A stretch of 64,000 nucleotides of DNA, taken from the NCBI GenBank assembly GCA_951406725.2, contig OX597815.1:96224001-96288000 (forward strand), read 5' to 3'. The notes under the pieces are model-generated. The model had not been told where the DNA came from. It saw nothing but the letters and a program-made list of their open reading frames with translations, and did not search any database. A program made the position numbers and the translations under genes. The stretch comes from Octopus vulgaris (taxonomy: Eukaryota). Below, one piece after another: positions 26,710 to 39,620 of this stretch. The stretch's first letter is position 1, and each line of letters starts with the position of its first letter.

Positions 26710-27372
26710 AATATTGATTTAAACTTCTAGCGCAAGAACAGCAATTTCGGTGTAGGGAGGAGGTTGATTTAATGGTTTCCACTGTTTAAATAATACTTTT
26801 TCTATAGACACCGGAATGATGAAAGTCAAAGTCGTTCCCGGTCAAATATGTACTCATAAGTAAATAAGCACGAAATGCCGTAGAAATATTGCTAGGTGTG
26901 ATAACGATTCTGCTAGCCTCATCTTTTCAAATAAATATTAGTTTCAAATTGCAGCACAAGGCCAGTAATATCGTGGGAGTGAGTAAGTCGATTGTGTTGA
27001 CACCACTTCTTAACTGGAACCTACGTCATCGACTCTGGAGGGATCAAAGACTGTGTCGACCCCGGCGGCATTTGAGCTATGAACGTATAGTCGTAAGAAA
27101 CTCTACTAAGCATTTAGTACGGCAAGGACTCTGCCAGGTCACCAAATTATCTTATAAATATTGGTTTCAGATTTTGGCACAAGGTCAAACAATTTTGGGG
27201 TGAGGAATAGTAGAGTACATCGACCTCAGAGCTCAACTGGATCTTATTTTATTGACCTGGAAAGAATGAAGGGCAAATTTACCCTCGCCGGATTTGCCTT
27301 ATGAAATAAATATCAATAAACTTTTGCACACATACCTAACGAGTTTGCGATTAGTACTGAGAGTGTCGCCTT
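26710..27372 (-). mobile_element. Three head-to-tail diverged copies of the ~220-bp SINE
   Basis: Units start at ~26710, 26935 and 27155 with 'aatattg(a/g)tttcaaa..gcacaag' and share the internal order of motifs seen at 21229 and 54810. Confidence 0.75.
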
Positions 27373-27879
27373 GTATGATACATGTATACTTTACGCATTC
27401 TCAGAAACTTGCTGTAATCCATATCAGACACATTGATTTATTTATAGTTACGTTCGTCTGTATCTGCTGGAAGAAGGAACAGTGCAGAAATTTTAACTCC
27501 AATATCCATCATACATATGTTTTGGTTGATTCGCATGAATGTAAATATTATAAAGTTATTCTACACGGTACAGCGGTGTTCTCTCCATCATTTCCTAGTT
27601 TGCAGTACAGCAACGCAATTTATCTTTATTCGAGTTTGGATAACCTATCTTCCTCAGTATAATGTAGTCTATATAATTAGCTGGAAAATTTTATCTTGAG
27701 AAAAGATGATTAGTAAATATAAGTTATATTTCCGCTAGATATATTACCCATAAGTTGTGGTGATGACAAATATTGATGAAATGAATAACTACGAAACATG
27801 CATAAACCTCTAGAAAATTGGCAAACGCGTGTGAATGTACAAGTTTATATATATTTAAGTATATGCATATATATATATA

Positions 27880-27939
27880 ATGGCGGTGCCCCAGCATGGC
27901 CACAGCTCATAAGCTGAAACTAGAATCAATCAATCAATC
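27880..27939 (+). mobile_element. SINE/LINE 3'-tail fragment ending in (AATC)n, inside (TA)n
   Basis: ggcggtgccccagcatggccacagc...gctgaaac matches the tail motif of the SINE at 62291. Confidence 0.65.
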
Positions 27940-28500
27940 ATATATATATATATATATATATACACACGTATAGTGTGTGTCCGTGTCATGGTGTGCTAGT
28001 TAGTAAGTTGTGTGTACGTATGTCAAAAAGATACTCAACGTGCTATATATGTACGTATACTATATAAATTCATTCAGGCACGCATATATTCGCAATGATA
28101 CAACCTGATATGTATTTAATGTCGTGTATGATTATTAAAAAATGTTTTCTTTTCACCTGCTCTTACGCCTTGCAGTTTAAGTTTAAGGAAGTATACTGAA
28201 GATCAACACTGATTGTAGGTCGGCTGTTTAAACTTTCCAGTCATGTCAAACTTAACTTTCGTAAATTGTATGTTTCTGATCATTTTAAAGAACATGTTTC
28301 GTATATGAGGGGTTTGGTAGATGTGAGTCCGCTGCTGTTAACACGCAGCACCTCTCACGCAATTATGGATCCATTGAGGTAAACAACATTATCAGGATAT
28401 TTGGAACAAGCCTGACATTTTACATTTTTTGGAATGTACGAAATGAATGTACGTTGCTGCGTCTTCAAGAAGTTGCAGCAGAACGCAGTGTGTTACTGCA

Positions 28501-28551
<51 letters not shown>

Positions 28552-28701
28552 CATGTATATAGTACACTAACCTTACATAATTACATACATACAGACACAC
28601 ATACTTACATTCATATGTACGTACACATATATATATATATATCTATATATATTTTCGTTTACTTAACGTTCATTCGTAAGTAGGACTATACATTTTAATA
28701 T

Positions 28702-28735
<34 letters not shown>

Positions 28736-29007
28736 CATATATTTTATACACTTACGTAATTTGTCGAACATATATGTCCATTATATTTTTAATAATTTTG
28801 GCGTGTCTGTAATTTTAAATTTTTTGTATTGTTTCGATATTGAAAATTTTCAGTAATGTTTCGGTATCGAACTTTCTAAAGAGAGATACATCGAATATAT
28901 TATAATTACTCATTTTGACTCGGTTTATATTGTAATGTTTTTGAATTGTGGAGTCTATTTGATTTCTAATCTTTAATTTGAAAAAAACAATTATACGCAC
29001 ACACAAT

Positions 29008-29067
<60 letters not shown>

Positions 29068-29668
29068 CTTTAGTTAAATATATTCAATAAGTATATTATA
29101 TACTGAAATTATATTAAGTGCACTATTGTATCAAAATATTAGTACTATTAAATAATTTATGTATTTAATACGAGCAATTAAATATATATTATATAATATA
29201 TTATTATTAATATCAGGATATTAATATTGGAAAATTCTTCAAGAATGATATATAAGTGTGTAAAATAATTGTTGTATTAAAAATATAACTATATATAAAT
29301 ATCTGTAAATATTTATAAGTACAAATAAATAAGAATAAATATGACAGTTGAGAAGTTTCGAATTAAGTTTTTAAAGCATATTACGATCGTTTGGCACTAG
29401 TGCTGTCCTTACAATGGAATCTTATAATGATAAGCATATATAGCCAACTCTTCTCCTCATCAGAGATATAAAATGTGAAATTTGTATAATTTATCGAATA
29501 GTAGTTTTCGTTTTAATATGAAGTAATATGGGAAACTTGTGTTTGTTGCAAATATAAATTAAACATTACAAAATACTGCTTCTAATTTTGGTAAGTGCAT
29601 ATTAGTATGAGAGTATTATTCCATATATGCTTCCTTGTAATGTCATCTGTAATAATCCATAATAGTTA

Positions 29669-29702
29669 TGTGTAAAATCCATTATATAATGGATTTTACA
29701 CA
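29669..29702. repeat. Perfect 34-bp palindrome
   Basis: tgtgtaaaatccattat|ataatggattttacaca, with no spacer. Confidence 0.95.
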
Positions 29703-29904
29703 GGTCTATTTTTAAGTCTGATTTAGTATTTCGGTTGGCTTCCCTTAATGTTCGTATATCTATTTCCTTAGCTCGTTTATTACCCTTATTTATTAATTAT
29801 ATTAGGTAATGTCTTTTAATTAGTATTGATCTGAGTTCAAGGAGTCTTCATCCACGAGTATAGGTGTCCGAAACTATGGTACAAAATATTTTCACTAGAT
29901 TATA

Positions 29905-30425
29905 AGGTGAAACCCACCGTTTGAGCAACTTCCTCGACATCTTAAGCTATTTCTAAAATATATGAAAAGCTTCATCTTGGATGACTTAGACATTCTGAAC
30001 CACCTCCCGAAGACGGTAAATAAAGGAACCCAGTTAGTATCATTCGATGTGTTGAATTTGTACAGCAATATCCCACACGACTATGGCATAGAAGCGATCG
30101 CTTTCTGGCTAGAAAATTATTCAGAAGAGGTCCCTGGACGCGTTAACCACAGATTCATAATCACAGCACTGAAATTCATGCTACTGAACAACTATTTCAT
30201 GTTCGTTACACTTTACTATCGACAAAAATGTGGAATTGCAATGGGAACCCGAGCTGCTCCAGTGATTGCGTACCTTCTAATGGGTTACATAGAATGGTGT
30301 GCTATGAATCGTAATCCTAATTTCCTAATTTTTCCCTCCTATCAATGTTCACATAATACCTCAGTGCAACAACGAATGAATATAGAGGCAACTTTCATCC
30401 ATTAATATCTTCCCCAAATCAATAT
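29905..30425 (+). pseudogene. Penelope-like RT fragment fused by internal deletion to the endonuclease C-terminus
   Basis: LVSFDVLNLYSNIPHDYGIEAI...LLNNYFMF..YYRQKCGIAMGTRAAPVIAYLLMGYIE jumps to PNFLIFPSYQC..QRMNIEATFIH. The YxDD motif is missing. Confidence 0.85.
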
Positions 30426-30812
30426 GAACGCATAGCATAATATAGAACACTGCTAACCTTTCAATTAATACCACTAACACCCGTACATCCCATACACCAT
30501 ACACATTACAGATCTATATCTACACTAAATGCACCAAATCCGGAACTACTACCTCGTTTACGCATGATTTTTTGGCAGTGACTACTAGACCTGGCATCGG
30601 TCAGTGTGCATTCAAAGCAATGATTAGTAATATACGAAACAGCATCCTTTAAAATCTCTTTAACAATTCACAATAATGACTTTTATTACTTTTATTACAA
30701 CCTCAGTTCATTTAATTGTATATATCTATCGTTACTTTTCATAAAATGCTTGTAGCCTTTTTGATTTCCAATGTGCATTTTCGCTTATTTTTCTTCTTAC
30801 TTCCCCCCACCC

Positions 30813-30852
<40 letters not shown>

Positions 30853-30859
30853 GAAACTT

Positions 30860-30933
30860 TGAATTTTGTTCACAGACTCCCCAGTACTACTTTTAGTCCG
30901 CCTACTTTAGGTTGGGAACCACTGATCTAGATT
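30860..30933 (+). mobile_element. One end of a hAT/Charlie-type MITE
   Basis: Terminal 'ggttgggaaccactg' followed by 'atctagat', matching the NTCTAGAN Charlie target. The other end was not found. Confidence 0.55.
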
Positions 30934-31759
30934 CTAGTTTCTAACAAAGAAAATCTTTCTATGGCAGTTGTCTCTTTCCCGTTGGCATAAGGGATTTGCA
31001 TGAATTCTACTACGGTTGCTTAACGTAAAGTTATACATGATACAGACCGACAAGAATCGTAAAAGCTCTAGTAATTCGCTCGAGCTTTCTGTCAAATATA
31101 GTGATTCTAGGAGTACATTTTCATACATTATGGTATGACAATAAACTCAGATCCAACAAAAGAATGTATTTATACTATATATTAGTCAGTCTGTCATCTT
31201 TGTTCTGGAAATTATTTGGTTATTAAGCACAAACATTAACCTTTGTGTTTAGGGAGGTGGAAGTTTTCAGGCTTTTATGAATTTTATTCGTTTTGATGAT
31301 TATGTGTTTTATAGTATATCTGGAATTATTAAAATATGCACAAGTATGCAGTATGAAAATTGTGCTAGAAATCCCAAGCCAATTTACCCTCTATGTATAT
31401 ATGTATGTGCCTGTAGTTGTGTGTGCACTAATTTTAGAAAATTTTATTACCATATTTTTTCATAATTTAAGAATGCTTTGATAATTCCTGCAGAAATTGT
31501 CTGGTGTAGATTTTTAATACCAGTTTATATTTGTATTATGAAGTAGTCTATAGTGAAAGTGGAAGTGGAAGAAGTTGGTTAGGTACTTTAATGCTGAGCT
31601 GTTACATATATACTATTGGTTTAAAGTGTTTTGAAGGTTTTGTGTTCGCATGAAGAAACTAACTTGAAGTTACCATTCAGAATTTGGTTTTACAACCTAA
31701 GCACGTGATAGGAGTTATTAGTTCGGTTTCTATTACGTTTGTATAAAGAAATATGTTGA

Positions 31760-32001
31760 TCAACAGCGTTTTTACCTACCTGCTAACCGATAGCGTCTTC
31801 AGATTACGAAATTTTACATACAAAATCACTATGACATGATTAGCCGATAACCAAACCCAGATGCACATAAAACGGGCTTCTTCCAGTTAACCGCTACCAA
31901 ATCCATTAACAAGGGTATCGTAGAAAACAAATGCCCAAGTTCCTATGCAGTGAAACTAAACCTAGGACGTGTTGTTAGTCAACGTCCAACATCGATACGC
32001 C
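31760..32001 (-). mobile_element. Degenerate SINE, same family as 62291
   Basis: cgggcttcttccagtt..ctaccaaatcca..gtagaa..tgcccaag..gcagtgaaact matches the intact copy. Confidence 0.7.
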
Positions 32002-32004
32002 TGG

Positions 32005-32048
<44 letters not shown>

Positions 32049-32678
32049 ACATGCACACACACAAACACGCTCCCACACAGCAGAAATACACAAACATGGT
32101 GAAAATCTTAAATAATACCGTTTAGAAAACACCATTACTTAAAATCTGACACACCTAATAAGCAGGTGTAATTATCATTTAACAGAACTCGGGTTCCTGT
32201 AGAAAATCAACGTTTCAGAGAGAGACGATAAAACCAAGTTGAAACCAAATGTACCACAACTAGATGATGGTCCAGCTGTCTGAAACATTCACACCTATCC
32301 TTTAGTGAAGAAAGATGGACTTATAGTAGTAGCTTTGTGGGATTGTCTACTGGTTGCATAGTCAAAATCTACTACTTATATATTCAAATTATATCACGAT
32401 CGTTACGTAAATCTAAGCTTTCTGAAACACCTGTTGGGTTAAGAATTTATGTACTATCTTCCTAGTTTTCGGCATGTTTATGCTCTATGTCAATATATAT
32501 GTATACTTATATATCTATTTGATTCTCTTTCTGAATATATGTAAATGCATGTGTCTATGCATATGTATGTGTGTATATATGTATGTATGTATGTATACAT
32601 AGATAAGCAGATATAGATAGCGTGTATGTAGATAAACGGAGCGTGAGTGTGAGAGACAGACAGAAGATGGATAGATAG

Positions 32679-32955
<277 letters not shown>

Positions 32956-33395
32956 TATAGAGAGATAAATAGATAGGGAGATAGAAATATAAAAATTCTA
33001 ACACATACTCACACACAGATTTGTTTACATAGTGCTAAAGTATGTCGTGTATACTCGAACTAAATTACGCAGGTGAAAGTTCAAGGCACATTCCACATTC
33101 TTAAATTCAGAAAGCCTTCTCGTCTCCATAAAACCATATGTTCCAAATACACGTTGTCAGCCGTTTATTTCCCTTTTAACATGATTCATTGCTCACAGGT
33201 CATTAAGTTAAAAGCTTTCTCCGTTCCTTTAAAACAGTGTGCACCTTTTCTCCGAAATATAAAAGCATTAGATTTAATCAATATTTCCATTTCTAGTGTA
33301 CACAAAAACCATAGCTCCTATATCTTCTCTAAATGAGTTAAGCGTTTATAGTAAGTTATCATATATCTTACATTTCTCTCTTTCCCGGCCTCCCA

Positions 33396-33470
<75 letters not shown>

Positions 33471-33699
33471 TGACTAAAACATAAAAAAGAGAGATAGTCC
33501 CAGAAATTATATCTTTCTCTATTTGAGCATAATACAATCGAAGTAAACGGCAATGCACACAAATACACAGAAGATATTCGGACTCACAAAATTGAAACAG
33601 ATTTTCTTATGTATAAGTGGGCAATTCTGCAAGAGTGTCGGTGCAGATGTATATATTCGTGTATGTTTCTGTATGTGCAAAACTGCTCAAGATATATTT

Positions 33700-34038
33700 T
33701 TAGTTTGCTGCCATTAGACAGCAGCCATTCTGGGGCACCGCCTTGAAGAAATTTTAGTCGAATGAATCGACTCCAGTAATTTCAATACATTTTAAAGACT
33801 GGCACTTATCTGTCGTTTTCTTTTGCCGAACCGCTAAGTGGATCATAAGCACATCAACAGCGGCCGGCAAGCTTTCTGGGAGAAAACAGAAACCCAGATG
33901 CACATAAAACGGACTACTTTCAGTTTACCGCTACCAAATGCATTAACAAGGGTATCGTAGAATACAAATGCCCAAGTTCCTATGCAGTGAAACTGAACCT
34001 AGGACGTGTTGTTAATCCGCTTCCCACATAGATACGCC
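33700..34038 (-). mobile_element. Degenerate SINE, same family as 62291
   Basis: gcagccattctggggcaccgccttgaag..gtcga..atcgactccagta..ttttgccgaaccgctaag. Confidence 0.75.
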
Positions 34039-34757
34039 CCTGCACCCTCCACCACTCACACATAACACAAATACACAAACATACAAACACACGACAGGTG
34101 TTCATTAAAAATTTTCCCTGACCCTCTTCCAGCGATTGCATGAAACGGAACTTGGACATATATAATTATACTTCTCTCTACATGTCACGTTGTAAATTTC
34201 AGCTTTCTACGAGTATTCGTTTGTCTTTTACGGTTGTGGAAGGAGACTACAGTTTTGTTGATGGCGGTTGAATGCAGATCAGTGACCAGATTTTTATACT
34301 TTAAAGATCGTACACCAAAAGAAACTTATATATATATAAAATCGCAAATATACGCATAGGTGTATGTGCTTAAAACATATGCATATATGTTTGTGTATGT
34401 GTGTGGAAAGAATGACAATTAGCCAACACACCCACAACTTTTTTATGTAGTTAAACATGAATGCCTAACTGTCAAAATAACCCGCGTAAGTTCGTACCTA
34501 CAGTGATACATATATTTATCTCTCTCTCAGACTTTATTTGTACACACACACGCGCGCGCACACAGACACACACATAATTGCAAATCTATATACATATGCA
34601 TAGGTGTACGTGTTTAAAATATACGTATATATATATTTGTGCATGTGTGTGTAGAGAGAGAGGGAGAGAGTGCGAAAGAGCTAGACACAAAAGAATAAGA
34701 GAAAGAAATTCAGAAAGAGAGAGGAAGAGAGGGAGTTAGGGAGAGAATGAGAGAGAT

Positions 34758-34798
<41 letters not shown>

Positions 34799-35309
34799 AA
34801 GAGATATATAGATAGAGGTGAGAAGAGAGAGAATATGTATGGAAGTGTTTGTTAGATTCTGCAACCTTGATAGATGCAACATGATGATAATCACGGTTTG
34901 AAAATTCCTGAAATCCTGCTTTTTATGTGACAAGTTTCATCAAAACTAGTTCATCTTTTCTTTGTTTTGCAGCACAACATATGTCTAAATCATCATAATA
35001 CACTCTAAGTCAATCACTTAGTCTTATATTGCTCAGTGTTGTTATAGGTAAGGGTGTATATTTTGTACTACATAATATGTACAAGAATCGGACAAACATA
35101 TATGTAAATGTACATAATTACATATATTTTATACATACATAAAACATTTGACGCTCTACACTAAGAAGCTTGGTTCTCAACCCCAGTTTTTCAGATTCAG
35201 TTTCACTGCTCATCATTTTGTGCAAGAATCCATTTCTATTGCCAATCAAAACTTTGTGAGTGGATTTGGTAGATGTAATCTGCAAAAAGCCAATTGTGTA
35301 TGCGTATAT

Positions 35310-35575
35310 ACATATAGGAAAGCTATTGGTATCCAGAAGACTCAAGATGGCAGGTGAGGCTCAGTAACTGCTACGGGACGCCTGTAGATAGACACTCGGT
35401 TCTATAATAATACGAGTGAGAAGTCTAATGCGGATCTTGTGTTAACACTCTGATATCGTTTCTGGTGAAGAGCTTTCTCTAATAATCCAGAAACAGCTGT
35501 AAGACTACTTTTCTCTTTATAAATGTCCTATAAATTTCACACGGCCTTAGTTTTATTGTCTAATTATATTTAACA
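35310..35575 (+). mobile_element. PLE terminal-repeat fragment with degenerate hammerhead motif
   Basis: 35432-35573 matches 49522-49657 (gaaacagctgtaagactac...cctataaatt). 35320-35430 matches 45755-45875. Confidence 0.75.
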
Positions 35576-35582
35576 CACACAT

Positions 35583-35679
<97 letters not shown>

Positions 35680-36919
35680 CAAAACTGAAGCCAAGAAGAT
35701 TGAGTACAGTTGTGTACTTGCTTATTTGCTACAATTATTTAGAGGCAAAGTAGTTGTCCAAGAACATTGGTATTTAATGCACCTGCCTTTTTTGCATAAA
35801 GAGATCTACTTGTGTTTTCTCAGGCGATATACTAGTGCTTTCTCCGTTTGTTTGAAATCGTTGACTTCAAAGCCATCTCCTCTGTCATGTTTTAAATTTA
35901 GTAGAGGCTGAAAAACCCTGGTGCGTGCCGTGAGGTTGTTTTTGTCAGGCTGCTATAAATGATAGTACATGGTACAGGCTAGCATTTAGGTGAGATTATT
36001 CTTCTATTGGTTGTATTTCAGATTTGTTCTTCATGTTTGGCTGCACATGTAAATTTCTTAGTCTGAACTTTAGTATTCTTTGGTTGGCTACATACAAACA
36101 TACACACATAGAGCACATTGTGGTCAGAGTCGGTATTTATCCTTTTTTGAAACTTCTCTCGGATGTTTAAAATGCATATTCCCTGCTTCTCTAAATCCAA
36201 GAGATTACAAAGCCAAAACCCTGAGTTTAAAGAAAAAGGATTTTTAATATCTGTTTGAACATATTTAGAAGCATTTTGAGTGTATAAGCAGCCTAAAGTG
36301 TATAAGAGAACATAAATTTGAGAAATTTTTGAAAATGGGGGATACATGCAAAATTTATATCTATCATAGAAATATCCAAATTTTTGGTTAAACCCCCTCA
36401 AACTTGATATTCTTTTTTCAAAATGACAAATTTTGACATATTAGGGCTAATATTTTTCACATCCTCGACATTTTATGTAAACTGTGGAATGGAATCAGTC
36501 CAATGGGGTTAAAAGGCCATACATAAAGTATAATTCCAATTTGGGTACGAAACATCAAAACCAACCAAAATTGGGCAAAATCAGTAGTTATTGACCGCCA
36601 ACCTGATTAAATAAGTATAAAAACAGGAAATATAAAATGGACACAAAACCTAATACGTTTCTCGAAATTATTGATCTTAAATGTACTTTATTTGGCATCA
36701 AGCTTATCTTATGGGATAAAAATTTGATTAGGAAGGTCAGATTCCAGCTTGGAGGATTTTGCCTTGCTTACGCCAAAATTGAAGAAGGGACAAAAGACGA
36801 GATAACAAAAAGAAAATATTCCTAACAAATCCCTGGATTTGGAGAAAATATCAAAACCACGCACTGGACCCGATAATACACAAAATTTAAACGAACACGC
36901 ACAACGTATAGACCCGAAG

Positions 36920-37560
36920 TTCATAAATTTGTCAAATAGGAACCAGAACTAGAAGGGGATGATACTCCTATTAAAAGGCTTTACGTTTACCCCGGCATTC
37001 ACTCCTATTCTCTTTGAAATGAAATCTGATATTGAACACTTCAACCGTCACCTCCGACTTATATAATTCTTCAGCAATAACGATTAAAATGATGAATCAA
37101 TAATCAGAAATAAATCCCACTTCATCCCCTACAGGGAAAGGATAAACATTTAGACACGTATTTCGACACGATTTCAAAGTTTTCCTAAAACCAACCGATG
37201 CAGACAAATCCTCGTGATGAAGAAAAGGAAGTCTTACGAGCACTGAAGAATGACAACTCAATCATCGTACAGGTAGCCAATAAATGAGATGCGATAGTAA
37301 TCATGGGCAGGGACTATTATTAAGATAACATATTGGAAATGTTAACAAACCAAACCTACTACAAGGAAGAACCAAGACACCCAGAAAAACGATAATGAAT
37401 AAAATCAGAAGACTAATCAATGAATTCCAAGATTCCTTCACAAACAAGGAGAAAAATTATATATACAACTCTGAAATAAAAGAGAGCAATTTACTATTAT
37501 TACCCAAAATCCACAAAAACTTCGAAATACAAAGTCCTATGAATAAGCAGAAGAACCAGT
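36920..37560 (+). pseudogene. Penelope-like ORF, N-terminal to early RT region
   Basis: INLS...LLLKGFTFTP...DIEHFNRHLRL, EEKEVLRALKNDNSIIVQVANK*DAIVIMGRDYY (ADKG motif), and LLLLPKIHK. Confidence 0.85.
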
Positions 37561-37989
37561 ACATATATAACCATGTCATTTATTGAACTGGCGGTCGCAC
37601 TGTGTACCTTAGGAATATCATTTTTGCTAAAAATGGCTGCCTTTATGACTGTGCTCACTGACAAATATTTAACTGTTGGCTATTGTGTTACCAAATCCAT
37701 CATGCAATTGTCGATCATTATGTATAAAAAAAATAGCCTAATTTAACACTATTATAACAAAAGATACTTAAACGGACCACCGAAAAAAGGATTTCGCATC
37801 AGTATTGAAAACGAAAATATTCTGATACACTGTTAATCAGCTTCAAGGTTTGATCTTACTCATTGATATTACATCTGGCACTTTCCTTCGTCCACAGAAC
37901 AACAGTTGCCAATCTGGTGCGAGAATCAAAGAGATGAAAATTCGAAACACAAAGTACTTGACGTATTTGATTTTAATATTTTAGAAAAG

Positions 37990-38190
37990 AATGGCGGCGA
38001 GCTGGCAGTATATTTAGCATGCCAGGCGAGATGCTTAGCGTCATATCGTTTTTATGTTCTGAGCTCAAATTTCGCCGTGATTAGCTTTGTCTTTCATCAT
38101 TTCGGGATCAATAAGATAAGTACCGCTTGAGCACTGCAGTCGATGTAAACCAATGTTGCTAGACTAGTGCTAAAATCTGAAATCAATATT
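37990..38190 (+). mobile_element. SINE with 15-bp target-site duplication
   Basis: Head ggcggcgagctggcag and core ctttgtctttcatcatttcgggatcaataa. TSD aatattttagaaaag at 37975-37989 and 38185-38199. Confidence 0.85.
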
Positions 38191-39099
38191 TTAGAAAAGG
38201 CATCAACTATCACACATTGTCTATTGAACAGAACTGCAACTTCAATTCCTTTAAATATAAGTAAAAAATGATAATTCTAAAATTATATTTAGTGGCGCGG
38301 AATATATTTCTTCATATCTGGTGTGTATTAAATGACTAATGTAACAAAATAGTTATTGCACCAGTAAGACTTTCTTCAAGATACATTGTTGTTTGATTAC
38401 ATGGTTTATTCAATCGTATATTTATATGGTGAATATATTTTCACAGTGCTTGTGCATTCCAGCTGGAACTTTTACAACCCATTGCGATATTTGCAACACA
38501 TTTTTTATAATCTCTTTCTTGTCACAATTCATTGTGTATTTTATTTGATTCTTTTACGTATATTATCTGATCTGTGTCTCTTGATTGTTTATGTTTTCTG
38601 GCTAATCCTTTCCTAATGTACGAAAAAATTTGATTTAGTGAAGACATTATACATAAGCACTGTATTAAAATTCATGATTGAGTAACTTCTGTGTGTGAAT
38701 GTGTCAATGGATCTTTATGTATGGTTTTGGATGCATATATTTCAATATATCTGATCCTGGATAAACGATTTCACGATTTATTTGCGTGTGTATATTTTTT
38801 TATTTCATGACGCCTGTGTTATCAATTATATACGGTGTAATGTTTTCTCTTAATATATCTCTTTGTACGACTGAGTTTGTGCGTGTACTTATAGTGAGCG
38901 ATTGATTTTATTAGATATTCTGTGAATGCAGGTACGTCTTGTTTTGTATATTTAATTACGCTAATATATTTGTGATTTGATTATCTGACTATCTCTATGT
39001 GTTGTGTGCGCGTTTGTCTGTGTGTATGCATGTGCATGTATGTGTGCGTGTTCGTGTGTGTGTTAGTGCCTGTGCGTCTCTTTCTGTATTGGAGGTAGT

Positions 39100-39620
39100 G
39101 CTATTTTATTTAGAATCCAATCCTTTCTTGAAGATGAGTATTTTGTTAGCCTCGTGATATCCTCTAATTTACTGTCCATCAGTTTTATGTGACAATGTTG
39201 TATATTTTACCATGTACAGAAATTACATTTATACGGAAGGGGTTAACAGAATATCATTTTCCACATTTGTAAATATATGCTTGTTGGGTGTATATGTCTT
39301 TGAAGTTTGTGCGGTTAATGCTGTGTTAGTCCCTTTTGAATTGCTCTTCTGATACAGTTGATTGTCATTATTTCTTTGTTTTTTAGGAGATACAGGTAAC
39401 GGACATATGTGCTGATGCAACTCCACGGCTTTGAATTTGTCTGTTGCTTGTTTCTTGGGAAGTTTTTAAATGATTGTTTGGAGTACTTTCGTGCTGCGTA
39501 GATATCTCAAATTTAGTCTAATACCATAGAACTTTTGATTGTTCCAATAGAATGTGTTATGGTATTATATTCAGTTAAAAAGTGTATGCACATTCTTAAA
39601 AGTAAGGTATATGCCACTTT
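39100..39620 (-). mobile_element. Possible very degenerate PLE endonuclease region
   Basis: Only weak remnants of the Cys and IY motif spacing across frameshifts. Confidence 0.3.

Noticed and set aside
36593-37605. gaccgcca/tggcggtc as TIRs, or cactgtg as a Transib end
   Set aside because: Only 7-8 bp, no TSD or partner end, and the enclosed sequence is PLE-derived.
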